From an uncultured bacterium (GTDB lineage Bacteria; UBA8248; CAZNSX01), in NCBI GenBank assembly GCA_964575845.1, contig CAZNSX010000006.1, positions 5,378-69,377 of the forward strand: a stretch of 64,000 bases of DNA, in the 5' to 3' direction. This document shows, piece by piece, positions 1 through 9,714 of the stretch. Position 1 is the stretch's first letter; every line of letters begins with the position of its first letter. Below the pieces are notes generated by a model that saw only the letters and a list, made by a program, of their open reading frames with translations, had not been told where the DNA came from and ran no database searches. A program made the position numbers and the translations under genes.

Positions 1-1
1 C

Positions 2-1123
2 GACGAGCTAGCGGCTCTACCCAAGGCTGAGGCGGCTGAGGCGATGGTCCGGGGTGCGCTGAAACTGCTCAGGAAGCGCCTCGAGGAAGGCGAGCTTCAT
101 GGGGCCCTCGCCCTTGGGGGAGGTAGCGGGGCCGCCATGGCCTGTGCCGTCTTCCGCGGCCTGCCCTTGGGACTGCCCAAGGCGATGGTCTCGACCATTG
201 CCTCGGGCGATGTGACCCACTATGTGGGCACCCGGGACATCACAATGTTCCACTCCGTCGTGGATATCACCCTGAACCGGATAACCAAGCCCATATTCGC
301 CGCCGCCGTTGGCGCTGTCTTAGGGATGGCGAAAGCCCCTCCCGTTGAGGATGCTGAGCCCAGGCCGCTCGTGGCCGCTACTATGTATGGCGTCACGCAG
401 CCCTGCGTCTTCCGACTCCGAGAGCTTCTGGAGGCCGGGGGATTCGAGGTCGTCATATTCAACGCCGGAGGAAACGGAGCCAGAACCCTGGAGGAGCTTA
501 CAGCCGAAGGGCTCGTGGACGGCGTCCTGGACATCACCACCACCTCCATGATTGACGAGGTGGTCGGCGGAGTTCGGGGTGCTGGGAGGGACAGGCTTGA
601 GGCGGCATGTGCGCGCGGGATACCCCTCGTCGTGGCGCCCGGCGCCTGCGAGCTCGTTAACTTCGGCCCTCCTAACACGATACCCGAGAAGTTCCGCGGT
701 CGCATCTTCATCAGACACACGGCTACCACCACGGTAATGCGGGCAAGCGCAGCCGAGATGGAGGAGCTCGGCCGCTGGATTGCCCAAAAGCTGAACCGTG
801 CGGCCAGCCCGGCGGCCCTGCTTGTGCCCCTTCGGGGCTTTTCAAAATACGATGCCGCAGATGGGCCGCGAGCCGTGGATTTCTTTGGAAACCCCGCCGG
901 CACCTTCCATGACCCCGAGGCGGACATGGCCTTCCTGGGAGGAGTTAAGTCGGCCCTGGACCGGAAAAGGGTGAGATTGCTGGAGCTTGACCTCCACATA
1001 AACGATAAGGCTTTTGCTGAGAAAGCAGCAGAGGTTTTTCTTTCCCCCTGGAGGGATGCAAGAGGAGAAAATCTTCCGGCAGGGCCTTTCTTTTTCTCTG
1101 ACAGAATTCAGGATAAGAATTGA
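2..1123 (+). CDS. Tm-1-like ATP-binding domain protein (UPF0261 family), 5' end outside window
   Basis: Frame is open from base 2 into the 359-aa ORF; motifs GGSG, LPLGLPKAMVST, SVVDI, TMYGVT, DITTT, VNFGP, HINDKAFA fit the family. Confidence 0.85.
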   Translation, partial: DELAALPKAEAAEAMVRGALKLLRKRLEEGELHGALALGGGSGAAMACAVFRGLPLGLPKAMVSTIASGDVTHYVGTRDITMFHSVVDITLNRITKPIFAAAVGAVLGMAKAPPVEDAEPRPLVAATMYGVTQPCVFRLRELLEAGGFEVVIFNAGGNGARTLEELTAEGLVDGVLDITTTSMIDEVVGGVRGAGRDRLEAACARGIPLVVAPGACELVNFGPPNTIPEKFRGRIFIRHTATTTVMRASAAEMEELGRWIAQKLNRAASPAALLVPLRGFSKYDAADGPRAVDFFGNPAGTFHDPEADMAFLGGVKSALDRKRVRLLELDLHINDKAFAEKAAEVFLSPWRDARGENLPAGPFFFSDRIQDKN

Positions 1124-1347
1124 GATTGTCTCGCGAGGCGGCTGGACCGGCGGGAGACTGCCGGCGAGGTCATTGAGATATCCTGAGCCGGAGCGGCCGG
1201 GGAGAGGGTGAGATCGCGGCCTGCTCGGGTGTATCCCTTTCTTGCCTCAAGAGGCCCTAGCAGAACACTTGAGGTCTCATTAGTCATTCTCTTCCCCGGC
1301 TAAATTGGTTGGGTGATTATGGTCCCGTAACTTGAGGAGTTGTACGC

Positions 1348-2769
1348 ATGGTCGAAGAGACTCTCTGTTTTTTGAGCCTTCACGAACTCGCGGGGAGAAT
1401 AAGGAAGCACGAGGTCTCTCCCCTCGAAGTGGTCCAAGCCCATCTTCAGCGCATCGAATCGGTGAACCCCAAGCTCTTTGCCTTCATCGAGGTGACGGCG
1501 GAGTCCGCGGTGGAGGAGGCGAAGAAGGCGGAAGCCGAGGTTTCCGCGGGGCGCTACCGCGGCCCGCTGCACGGGATCCCATTCGGCGTGAAAGACATCA
1601 TCAACACGGCCGGGGTTCGAACCACCAACGGTTCGAGCTTCTTCCGGGAGCACGTTCCTGCTGAGGACGCCGAATGCATCGTGCGCCTCAAGCGGGCCGG
1701 CGCCATCCTTTTGGGTAAGTGCAACACCCACGAATTTGCCGCGGCCGCGACCACGATCAACCCCCACTATGGAACGACACGCAATCCCTGGAACCCGGAG
1801 CGCATCGCCGGAGGATCCAGTGGCGGGTCCGCCGCGGCCGTTGCGGCTGGCCTCTGCCCCGGCGCCCTGGGCTCGGACACGGGCGGCTCCATCCGGGGAC
1901 CCGCAGCCCTCTGCGGGATCGTGGGCCTGAAGCCCACCCACGGACGGGTCAGTCTCGCCGGCGTTTGCCCGAATGTTCCAAGCCTTGACCATGTCGGTCC
2001 GATGACGCGGACGGTCCGTGACGCCGCGCTGATGCTCCAGGGAATGGCTGGATACGACCCGCACGACGCAATGTCCCGGGAAGTCCCGGTGCCCGACTTT
2101 TCTGCAAAGATCGACGCAGGGGTTCGAGGGGCCAGACTTGCCATCTGTCCTGACTTCTACGGTCAGGCCGAAGTCGATAGAGAGGTGGCCGAGGCGTTTG
2201 ACCGAGCTGTCGATGTATTTCGCAGTCTCGGAGCAAGGGTCGAAGCCGTTTCGTTCCCGCACTTCGAACGCATGAGGCGTGCTACGATGGCCATCCTGGG
2301 GGCCGAGTTCGCAGAATTCCACCGCCCTTTTTACGAGAGGAATCCGGACGAATACGGAAAGGACGTCCTGGACCGCCTGAAGGGTGCGTTCGAGACGGGG
2401 CTGGATGACTATGTGCGCGCGCTTCGCGAGCGCGAACTGCTGCGGAGAGAGAGTGCAACCTTGTTCAAGAATTTCGATGCCATGCTCCTCCCTTCCTTTC
2501 CGAGCACGGCCTCGCCCATTAAAACGCTTAAGGCAAAGATCAATGGCGAGGACCGGGAATGCCTCTGGATCCATCGTCCGTTCTTGGGCCCGCACAACCT
2601 GACCGGCTCTCCGGCCGTGTCGCTCCCGATGGGATTCTCAAGGGAGGGCCTCCCGCTTTCGCTCCAGGTCGCGGGCCGCGCCTGGGAGGAGGCGGACCTC
2701 TTCAGGATAGCTCACGCCTTTGAGGAGGCGACACCGGAGGTCCGGGCGAAGCGGCCGCCCTGCTCCTGA
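1348..2769 (+). CDS. Amidase signature family protein (GatA/AmiA-like amidase)
   Basis: 473 aa; GIPFGVKD (catalytic Lys), GGSSGGS, GSDTGGSIRGPA; RBS gaggag upstream. Confidence 0.92.
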   Translation: MVEETLCFLSLHELAGRIRKHEVSPLEVVQAHLQRIESVNPKLFAFIEVTAESAVEEAKKAEAEVSAGRYRGPLHGIPFGVKDIINTAGVRTTNGSSFFREHVPAEDAECIVRLKRAGAILLGKCNTHEFAAAATTINPHYGTTRNPWNPERIAGGSSGGSAAAVAAGLCPGALGSDTGGSIRGPAALCGIVGLKPTHGRVSLAGVCPNVPSLDHVGPMTRTVRDAALMLQGMAGYDPHDAMSREVPVPDFSAKIDAGVRGARLAICPDFYGQAEVDREVAEAFDRAVDVFRSLGARVEAVSFPHFERMRRATMAILGAEFAEFHRPFYERNPDEYGKDVLDRLKGAFETGLDDYVRALRERELLRRESATLFKNFDAMLLPSFPSTASPIKTLKAKINGEDRECLWIHRPFLGPHNLTGSPAVSLPMGFSREGLPLSLQVAGRAWEEADLFRIAHAFEEATPEVRAKRPPCS

Positions 2770-3205
2770 GTGCGTCCCGCTCTCACGCCCACCATGTCAG
2801 CCGCGGTACGCTCGTCGAGTCGAGGATTAAACCCTGAGGGATGAAAGGGGGGCCGGAGCTATGGGCGGAAAAATGTTCATGCATTGGATGAGCTTAACCA
2901 TATAAATCCATTGAAGTATCGTTACATATATTTCCAGTCTTTTTTTGTCCTGGACCCTACCTCTCCCCGACTTCCCTTGCGGCTGACCCCTCTGTTTCCA
3001 TCCTCGAGGCCGGCGGCTCGGTGAGGAGTTCCCCCCCCAGGCATCGTCGTCTTTTCACCCTCATCAGGCTTGAGCAGAAGGGAAGCAAGGCGGTTAAAAT
3101 GCTGCGAGGCTCACTCTGAATACCGGCCAGCCAGATGGCTACCTTAAGAGTGATCCAGACGCCTGAAAAACTAAAATTCAGAAGCTTGAGGAAGTAATCT
3201 TACTA

Positions 3206-3823
3206 CTACGTCACGCGCTCCACGGGCGGGATATAGGTATATTCCATCAGCTTTGCTACCTCCCGAGCGAAGTCTCCGCCGCCATTGCCGAAGATGGTCT
3301 CGGCCAGGTCGAGGGCCATGTCGATTCCGGCCGAAACGCCGGCCGAGGTGATGACCTTGCCATCTCTGACCACCCTTTCCTCCCTGACGATAACGTCGCC
3401 CCTTCCTCTGAGCTCATCCATCGAATACCAATGGGTGGTCGCCATCTTTCCCTTCAATATTCCGGCCTCTGCCAGGATGAAGGCTCCCGTGCACACGGAG
3501 GTGACCCATTGGCAGCCCGTTGCCTTCTCCCTCAGGAAATCAAGAAGCCTCGGATTGTGCATCTCCTTCAGCCTGCCCCTCCCCCCGGGTACAACCATTA
3601 TGTCAAGAGGGGGGCAGCTCTCGAAATCGTGGTCGGCAACGACCTTGAGGCCGTTATAGGCCTTTATTATTCCCGCCTTCTCCGCCACCGTGAAGACCTC
3701 AACGGCTCCCTCCTTGACCCAGTTCACCTTGGTCAAGGTCTCGAAGGGGCCCACCACGTCCAGCTCCTCAAATCCTTCAAATAGCACTATGCCGACCTTT
3801 AGCTTCTCCATGCCCTCCTCCAT
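3206..3823 (-). CDS. DJ-1/PfpI family protein, isonitrile hydratase (InhA)-like
   Basis: FEELDVVGP, VVPGG, SVCTGA nucleophile elbow, ATTHW, SAGVSAGID. Confidence 0.88.
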   Translation of the reverse strand: MEEGMEKLKVGIVLFEGFEELDVVGPFETLTKVNWVKEGAVEVFTVAEKAGIIKAYNGLKVVADHDFESCPPLDIMVVPGGRGRLKEMHNPRLLDFLREKATGCQWVTSVCTGAFILAEAGILKGKMATTHWYSMDELRGRGDVIVREERVVRDGKVITSAGVSAGIDMALDLAETIFGNGGGDFAREVAKLMEYTYIPPVERVT

Positions 3824-3829
3824 AATTTT

Positions 3830-5188
3830 TCAATCAAAAAGCTCTTTCGCCCTTTCCCATACCCCGTCGGCCAGCCTCTGCCCCTCCCTCATAGCCTCCT
3901 TCTCATCAACTGTCTTCACAACCCCATCTTCCACCACGACTTGCCCGTCAACTATCACATGAGTCACATCGCTTCCGTTGGCATTATAGACGATGTTGGG
4001 AACGAGCTGGGGCTCCCTTATGGGGTTCACCCACGGGGTCTCAAGGTCAAGGAGAAAGATATCAGCCTTTTTCCCGGCCTCAAGAGAGCCTATCTTATTT
4101 TCCATTCCCAGGGCTATTGCCCCTCCCATCGTGGCCATCCAGAGAGCTCTATAACCGTCTATTATCCCCGTATCACCAGCCTGGACCCTTGCCAGGAGGA
4201 TTGCTGCCCTCATCACCTTCCACATATCATTGGAGAGCCAGTCTGAGCCCAGCGAAACATTGAGCCCCTTCCTGTATACTTCCCGCATCGGCGGGAAGTA
4301 TCCCCGCTTGCCCACGAGGAATGCAGTGTGGGACATCTTGGCCTTCGTCTCCTTCATCAGGTCCACTTCCTCCTCCGACATGAAAACGCAGTGGACGCCG
4401 ATGAAATCCGGGCCCAAGATTCCGAGGTCACGGCAGAATTCGACAGAGCCCTTCCCGTAGCATTTCCGCATGAACTCCACCTCGCCCGGTATCTGGGCGA
4501 GATGAATATGGTAGCCCACCCTCAATCTTTCATTGAGTTCCATAACCTTGACAAAGGTCTTCTCTGAAAGGGTGTCAGGGGAGAAGGGAGCAAGACGGCA
4601 CGTTATCCTACCATCGGCCTTCCCGTCCCATTCCTCTATCAGCTCAATGGCTGCGTCCACGGTTTTCTTTCCTGTATCACCATCAAATTGCCTTGTTAGA
4701 TTTCTTGGGCCGAGCCCGGTGAGGTCGGCCTCATATATGGATTCGGCCAAGACCCCTCTGATACCGAGGTCTCTTACCACCCTTGCGGCCTCCCCTTGAT
4801 ACCACCAGGTCTCATTTATGCAGGTGGTTCCCGTCTTTACCATCTCCATGGCGTGGACCATGGAAGGCAAATAGACCTCCTCAGCCTTTATGTATTTCGC
4901 CTGAAGGGGCATGGCGACCCTGAAGAGGCCGCCGCTCACAGCAGGGAGGTCCTCAGTGAGACCTTTGTTGAAGGCGCCCATGAGGTGAGTGTGAGTGTTA
5001 ATAAGCCCTGGAAGGACGGCCTTCCCCGAGGCGTCAATGACCTTATCGGCCTTAGGCTCCCTCATCGCTTCTGGTTTTCCCAGCCGCGAGATGCGGTCTC
5101 CTTCTATGAGGAGGGAGCCCTTCTCTATCGTCTGCGACTCTCCCGCCATGGGGATCAGGTAACCATTCTCGATTAGAATGCTGCTCAC
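3830..5188 (-). CDS. Metal-dependent amidohydrolase (MtaD/SsnA/chlorohydrolase-like)
   Basis: PGLINTHTH, HIHLAQ, VHCV, LGSD, GSLEAGKKAD motifs; 452 aa. Confidence 0.88.
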   Translation of the reverse strand: MSSILIENGYLIPMAGESQTIEKGSLLIEGDRISRLGKPEAMREPKADKVIDASGKAVLPGLINTHTHLMGAFNKGLTEDLPAVSGGLFRVAMPLQAKYIKAEEVYLPSMVHAMEMVKTGTTCINETWWYQGEAARVVRDLGIRGVLAESIYEADLTGLGPRNLTRQFDGDTGKKTVDAAIELIEEWDGKADGRITCRLAPFSPDTLSEKTFVKVMELNERLRVGYHIHLAQIPGEVEFMRKCYGKGSVEFCRDLGILGPDFIGVHCVFMSEEEVDLMKETKAKMSHTAFLVGKRGYFPPMREVYRKGLNVSLGSDWLSNDMWKVMRAAILLARVQAGDTGIIDGYRALWMATMGGAIALGMENKIGSLEAGKKADIFLLDLETPWVNPIREPQLVPNIVYNANGSDVTHVIVDGQVVVEDGVVKTVDEKEAMREGQRLADGVWERAKELFD

Positions 5189-5479
5189 CTTTTCATTCCT
5201 CTCTTGATGGGGAGAAAAGAAGCCTTCTGCTCCTTCGGGCTATTATCTTGCATGATATTGTTCTGTCGGCAAGAGCCTTGACCAATGGCGGCTGGAATTC
5301 TTGGATTCAGCTTCCAGTCACGAGCAAGAACTGACAACGACGTAAAGAAACTGGAAAAGGACGACTATTCTAACATTCCCACCATTAGCCCATGCGCAGC
5401 GATTGTGGGCCTAATGCACTCTCCCTCCTTTCACCAAAGGCTTCGAAAAGATTCGCCCGTTAATCAGCTTTCTTGATAT

Positions 5480-6973
5480 TCATACTGAAATCTTTAGGCG
5501 CCTGTAAAGTGGAGAGAATATGATGAAGATAGCAATGAGTAGGATTATGAGGCTCATGGGACGGGTGAAAAAAGTTGTTATATCGCCGCGAGACAAGATC
5601 ATGGCTCGCCGGAAATTGTCCTCGAGCAGACGGCCAAGGATAAGACCCAAAATGATGGGAGCGGGGTGGATCTCAACCTTTCGCAAAATGAACCCCAGAA
5701 AGCCAAATAACATAGCCACGCCGACGTCAAAGCAACTGTTTCGAATAGCGAAGGAGCCCACCATGCAAAATATCAGGATCACCGGCAACAAGATGTGCTT
5801 AGGGATCATAAGCATTCGAGCGAAGAAGCGAGCTCCACAGAGGCCCATGAGCCCGGTCAAAATGATGGAGACGGTCATCCCGATGAAAATGGCTGAGACG
5901 AAGACGGGATGAGTCTTGAACAACACGGGGCCCGGCTGAAGACCATGGATAATGAGGGCTCCTATGAGGACTGCCGTCATGGAGTCACCCGGTATTCCCA
6001 GGGTTAGCATGGGGATCATGGCCCCACCGACGCTGGCATTATTGGCCCCCTCTGGGGCGGCTATCCCTTCCGGGATGCCGGTTCCCATCTCTTCGCTTTT
6101 GTGCGATATGCGCTTCTGTATCCCATAGGATACGATTGAGGCAATCGTAGGCCCTGCGGCAGGGATGGCTCCGATAAAGGTTCCGATGAAAGAGGAGCGA
6201 ACAATGATGGAGCCCAAATTCTTTAACTCGCCCAATGACGGGATTATTTTCTCCAATTTTTGCACCACATGAGTGCTGCGCTTGATTATCTCCACCTGGT
6301 AGAGGATTTCGGCTATACCAAAAAGCCCGATCATCACCGGGATGAGCTCCAGTCCACTTATCAGGTACGGCGTGCCCATAGTGAACCGGGGGTAAGCGGT
6401 CATGGGGTCTTCGCCGACGGTTCCAAGGAGGAGGCCTATCACCCCACCTATCAGACCCTTGACGACCGAAACAGCCGAGATGTAGCTGATGATGCTGAGT
6501 CCGAGAAGCACCAGGGCAACGAACTCCTGAGACGCAAATTTCAGGGCAAATTCGGCCAGGATGGGAGCTATGAGAATGAGGAAGAAGAGGCCGACCACTC
6601 CCCCCAGGCATGAAGAGAGAGTAGCAATTCCGATGGCGCGGCCGGCTTCGCCCTTTAGGGCCATGGGATAGCCGTCGAGAACGGTGGCCACCGCTGCGGG
6701 TGTTCCCGGTACGTTCACGAGGATCGCCGAGATTGAACCGCCGTAGACGGACCCAAAGTAGATGCCCATCAGAAAGACGATGGCGCGGTTTGGGTCTAAG
6801 CCGAAAGTCAGGGGGATGAATATGGCGATTCCCATGGTTGACGTCAGTCCGGGGATAGCACCGAAGATAATGCCCAGAAAGGTTCCTAAGAGGGCAAGGA
6901 AAATCATGCCAGGAGAAAAGAAGAGGTCCGCGCTTGCGAAGTATAGATTAGCTGTATTGCTCAGAAATTCCAT
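5480..6973 (-). CDS. tctA: Tripartite tricarboxylate transporter large permease TctA
   Basis: GAIPGL, YGGSISAILVNVPGTPAA, DGYPMA, PEGANNA, IPMLTLGIPGD; highly hydrophobic. Confidence 0.93.
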   Translation of the reverse strand: MEFLSNTANLYFASADLFFSPGMIFLALLGTFLGIIFGAIPGLTSTMGIAIFIPLTFGLDPNRAIVFLMGIYFGSVYGGSISAILVNVPGTPAAVATVLDGYPMALKGEAGRAIGIATLSSCLGGVVGLFFLILIAPILAEFALKFASQEFVALVLLGLSIISYISAVSVVKGLIGGVIGLLLGTVGEDPMTAYPRFTMGTPYLISGLELIPVMIGLFGIAEILYQVEIIKRSTHVVQKLEKIIPSLGELKNLGSIIVRSSFIGTFIGAIPAAGPTIASIVSYGIQKRISHKSEEMGTGIPEGIAAPEGANNASVGGAMIPMLTLGIPGDSMTAVLIGALIIHGLQPGPVLFKTHPVFVSAIFIGMTVSIILTGLMGLCGARFFARMLMIPKHILLPVILIFCMVGSFAIRNSCFDVGVAMLFGFLGFILRKVEIHPAPIILGLILGRLLEDNFRRAMILSRGDITTFFTRPMSLIILLIAIFIIFSPLYRRLKISV

Positions 6974-7476
6974 AACCAGTCGAGTTCGCCCAGGACCCCG
7001 CCCGGGAGCGCTACATTCACCATGAGGTGGAAGACAACATATATGAGCACGGTGGTTCCTCCGGCGATGGCGAGGGCTCGAATTACTGAAGGAACTCTTA
7101 ATGACTCACCATGGAGCTTTAGAATCCCCCCAAAAAGAAAGCCGAACGTGGTGAGAATAAAACCCATGGAGGGCAGGAGCAAAAGATAAGCTCCAAGGAG
7201 AGTAGCGATGAACAGCAGGCTCCCCCAGGAACCCTTCTCGGCAACGTACGGGACGTTTTCTCTGTTCGACCAAGACCTCCCGCGGAAAACTCTCAAACTT
7301 TGCAGCAGCAGAATGATACCCAATATGGCAAAGAGAACCGCCAGAAGGCGAGGATAAGCGGCGGGCCCTCCACCGTGCTTAATGCCCTCGGAGGAAGGAA
7401 AGGTGCCAACGACATAGAAGATAATTAAACTGGTAGTAAGGATAAAGACACCCGTCAGGAAATCCCCGAGCCTCAT
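6961..7476 (-). CDS. tctB: Tripartite tricarboxylate transporter small permease TctB
   Basis: 171 aa, about 4 TM helices, GPAAYP and C-terminal VALP motifs; overlaps tctA start. Confidence 0.85.
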   Translation of the reverse strand: MRLGDFLTGVFILTTSLIIFYVVGTFPSSEGIKHGGGPAAYPRLLAVLFAILGIILLLQSLRVFRGRSWSNRENVPYVAEKGSWGSLLFIATLLGAYLLLLPSMGFILTTFGFLFGGILKLHGESLRVPSVIRALAIAGGTTVLIYVVFHLMVNVALPGGVLGELDWLWNF

Positions 7477-7572
7477 GGATGCTCACCCGCCCAAATCTAC
7501 CGGGCTTGACCTCGCCCGCAGGGAACAAGAGGCCCACTCAAAGATGCTTCCCGGCGAGTTGCTAGTATATCC

Positions 7573-7797
7573 TCACCAGGGCAGCACCGCTGGCTCTGGC
7601 CGTTCGGGCGAGACGTAGATGGCGTCCTCAGGACAGTCCATCTCGCATAGGTAACAGCTCATGCAGTCGTTCGGGTATTTGACAAAAATGTAGCCTTTCG
7701 CCTCGCGGTCTTCTTTGCCGAAGACGTCCATGGGACAGATATTGTAGCAGATGGCGCAATGGTTACATCGCTCGTAGTCGATGCTTTTTATGGTCAT
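7573..7797 (-). CDS. 2x[4Fe-4S] ferredoxin (AprB-like partner of the adjacent flavoprotein)
   Basis: CNHCAICYNICP and CMSCYLCEMDCP motifs; 1 nt from the flavoprotein stop. Confidence 0.88.
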   Translation of the reverse strand: MTIKSIDYERCNHCAICYNICPMDVFGKEDREAKGYIFVKYPNDCMSCYLCEMDCPEDAIYVSPERPEPAVLPW

Positions 7798-7798
7798 C

Positions 7799-9547
7799 TC
7801 AGAGCTTCCTCAAGCCGGGTGGCCGCATTAACTCCAACGGCGGTTTGATGTGGTCGAAGAGGGAGGGGATGTCCTGGGTCCAAACCTTCAGCTCTCCATT
7901 GGCTCTCTGTATGTAGACCCACTTCAGCCAGTTCCCGTTATCCGTGATAGGATAGTCCTCCCGAAAATGAAAGCTTCTGCTCTCTTTGCGGACCAGTGCG
8001 CAGCGAAGCATGGCTTCGGCGATCTCAACCATATTCTTCGCTTCTTGGGCCTTGACGAGCTCGTGCAGGTCGGGCGCGGCGATGTTGCCGCTTTCCTCAT
8101 CGCGGAGGCGCTCCACCTCGGCAAGAGCCTCGAGCAGGGTGGTTTCGTTCTTGATGAAAGCCACTCTGTAAGGCACGATGGTTTTTTGCAGGTGATAGAC
8201 GACGTCGTCGGCCCTCACGCCATCCCCTCGCCCCAGAGGTTCCATCATTTTGTTAGTGAGGGATTCCACGAGCCCCAGGAGCCGAGGGTCGTCCCAATCC
8301 GCGTTCTCAGCAGATGCGATGTATTCTTTGGCATGAGTGGCCGCCTCGTTACCCGACACGACCGCAAAGGCTATGTTCACTCCGCTGAAGGCATAGCCCC
8401 CGTGAGGGGGCTCACAGGTCACGTCCCCGGCGCCATAAAGCCCGCGCACATTAGTCTCGCACTTAGTGTTGATGTCGATGCCGCCCCCGCTCTCCACCGT
8501 CCCGAGAAAGGCGGTCATCCAGGGAATGCGCTGTTTGAATGGGTCGATCCCCGCCCGGTCCCATTTGCGGAAAGTCTCGGGAAGCACCTTTCGCAGCAGA
8601 GCCTGATCTTCGGGCTTAACTGCGGTGAGGTCGAAGTGAATGGGTCCACGGCCCTCGTGGACCTCCCGGGCCAGGGCGAGGCACTTCACCTGCTCGTTGG
8701 CCCGATTTCCCAGAACGGGGTCGTATTTCGGCATGAATTCCTCGTCGCGATTGTTGTACCACTTGCCGCCCGACCCCACGAAGAGGCTGAGGCCGTGTAT
8801 GTCGTGGTCTCGCGAGCCCGTGTTGGAATTCCAGATCTCCATGTTACGCAAGATAACCCCAGCCCGCAGGGCCGCCGCCTGGAGGTCACCCGTGATGTTG
8901 CGCTCGCCCAGGAAACCGCCGCGAAAAGCGCAGCCGGCGCTGGCTATGATGGTGGCCGCAGACCTGATGAGCACTCTCTGGCCGTTGCGATAATCATAGC
9001 CAAGAGCTCCCATACAGCGCCCCTCTCGCACGATGAGCTCGTTCAGCATCACTCTCTCGAGGAGCTGCACTTTCCGCCGAATTGCTCGCTTGCGGAGGGT
9101 CTCCATGATGGGAATGGAGTGCATGGTGGCATGCCCTGTCTGCTGGTGACCTCGGCTGCGGCGCCGCAGGATCCCTCCCGATCCGTCCAATTCAAAGACC
9201 TGGTGGCCGAACTCCTCCCCCCATGCCTTAATTTTCATGCTGATGTCATAACACCTTTCCCACAGGAGCTTGACCCATTCATGGTCGCAGATATACTCTC
9301 CAGACCTTATTGTCTCCTCTATCCAGATGCTGAGTTCATCGCCCGGCAAGGGCAGGGCCCAAATGCCGGCCGCGAAGGTGCTTTGCCCCGTCCTCGCCAT
9401 GCGGCCCTTGTCCGCCAGCACCACGCGCTCGATACCCACATCGCGTGCTACGTTCGCGGCCGTGCCACCCGCAAGTCCTCCTCCGATAACCAGAAGGTCG
9501 GCATCCGCCACGCAATCCACCAATTCAGCAAGCTTCCTCTGGGGCAT
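7799..9547 (-). CDS. FAD-binding protein of the SdhA/FrdA/AprA family (AprA-like, non-canonical)
   Basis: IGGGLAG FAD motif, GLYGAGD, RKESRSFHFREDYP C-terminal motif; 582 aa. Confidence 0.85.
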   Translation of the reverse strand: MPQRKLAELVDCVADADLLVIGGGLAGGTAANVARDVGIERVVLADKGRMARTGQSTFAAGIWALPLPGDELSIWIEETIRSGEYICDHEWVKLLWERCYDISMKIKAWGEEFGHQVFELDGSGGILRRRSRGHQQTGHATMHSIPIMETLRKRAIRRKVQLLERVMLNELIVREGRCMGALGYDYRNGQRVLIRSAATIIASAGCAFRGGFLGERNITGDLQAAALRAGVILRNMEIWNSNTGSRDHDIHGLSLFVGSGGKWYNNRDEEFMPKYDPVLGNRANEQVKCLALAREVHEGRGPIHFDLTAVKPEDQALLRKVLPETFRKWDRAGIDPFKQRIPWMTAFLGTVESGGGIDINTKCETNVRGLYGAGDVTCEPPHGGYAFSGVNIAFAVVSGNEAATHAKEYIASAENADWDDPRLLGLVESLTNKMMEPLGRGDGVRADDVVYHLQKTIVPYRVAFIKNETTLLEALAEVERLRDEESGNIAAPDLHELVKAQEAKNMVEIAEAMLRCALVRKESRSFHFREDYPITDNGNWLKWVYIQRANGELKVWTQDIPSLFDHIKPPLELMRPPGLRKL

Positions 9548-9714
9548 CGTTGACGCTCCTTCCCCCCTTAGGGCAGAGATATACCATCCCCCCTCAATAT
9601 CAGTGACCCTCCCTGGATGTTACCTGAGAGGACACCCAAGGAAGACTCGCCCGACTACCAAAAAGAAGAGATTTTTCCCCTCAGCAGTTCACGGGATCGG
9701 GTTCAGCCGCCCGG

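Noticed and set aside
1348-2769. Calling the amidase gatA
   Set aside because: No gatB or gatC adjacent; the context is catabolic
7850-9553. 567-aa + strand ORF (and similar long antisense ORFs at 1300-2595, 13243-14562, 40375-41367, 44092-45303)
   Set aside because: Antisense shadows of well-supported genes in GC-rich DNA; no motifs
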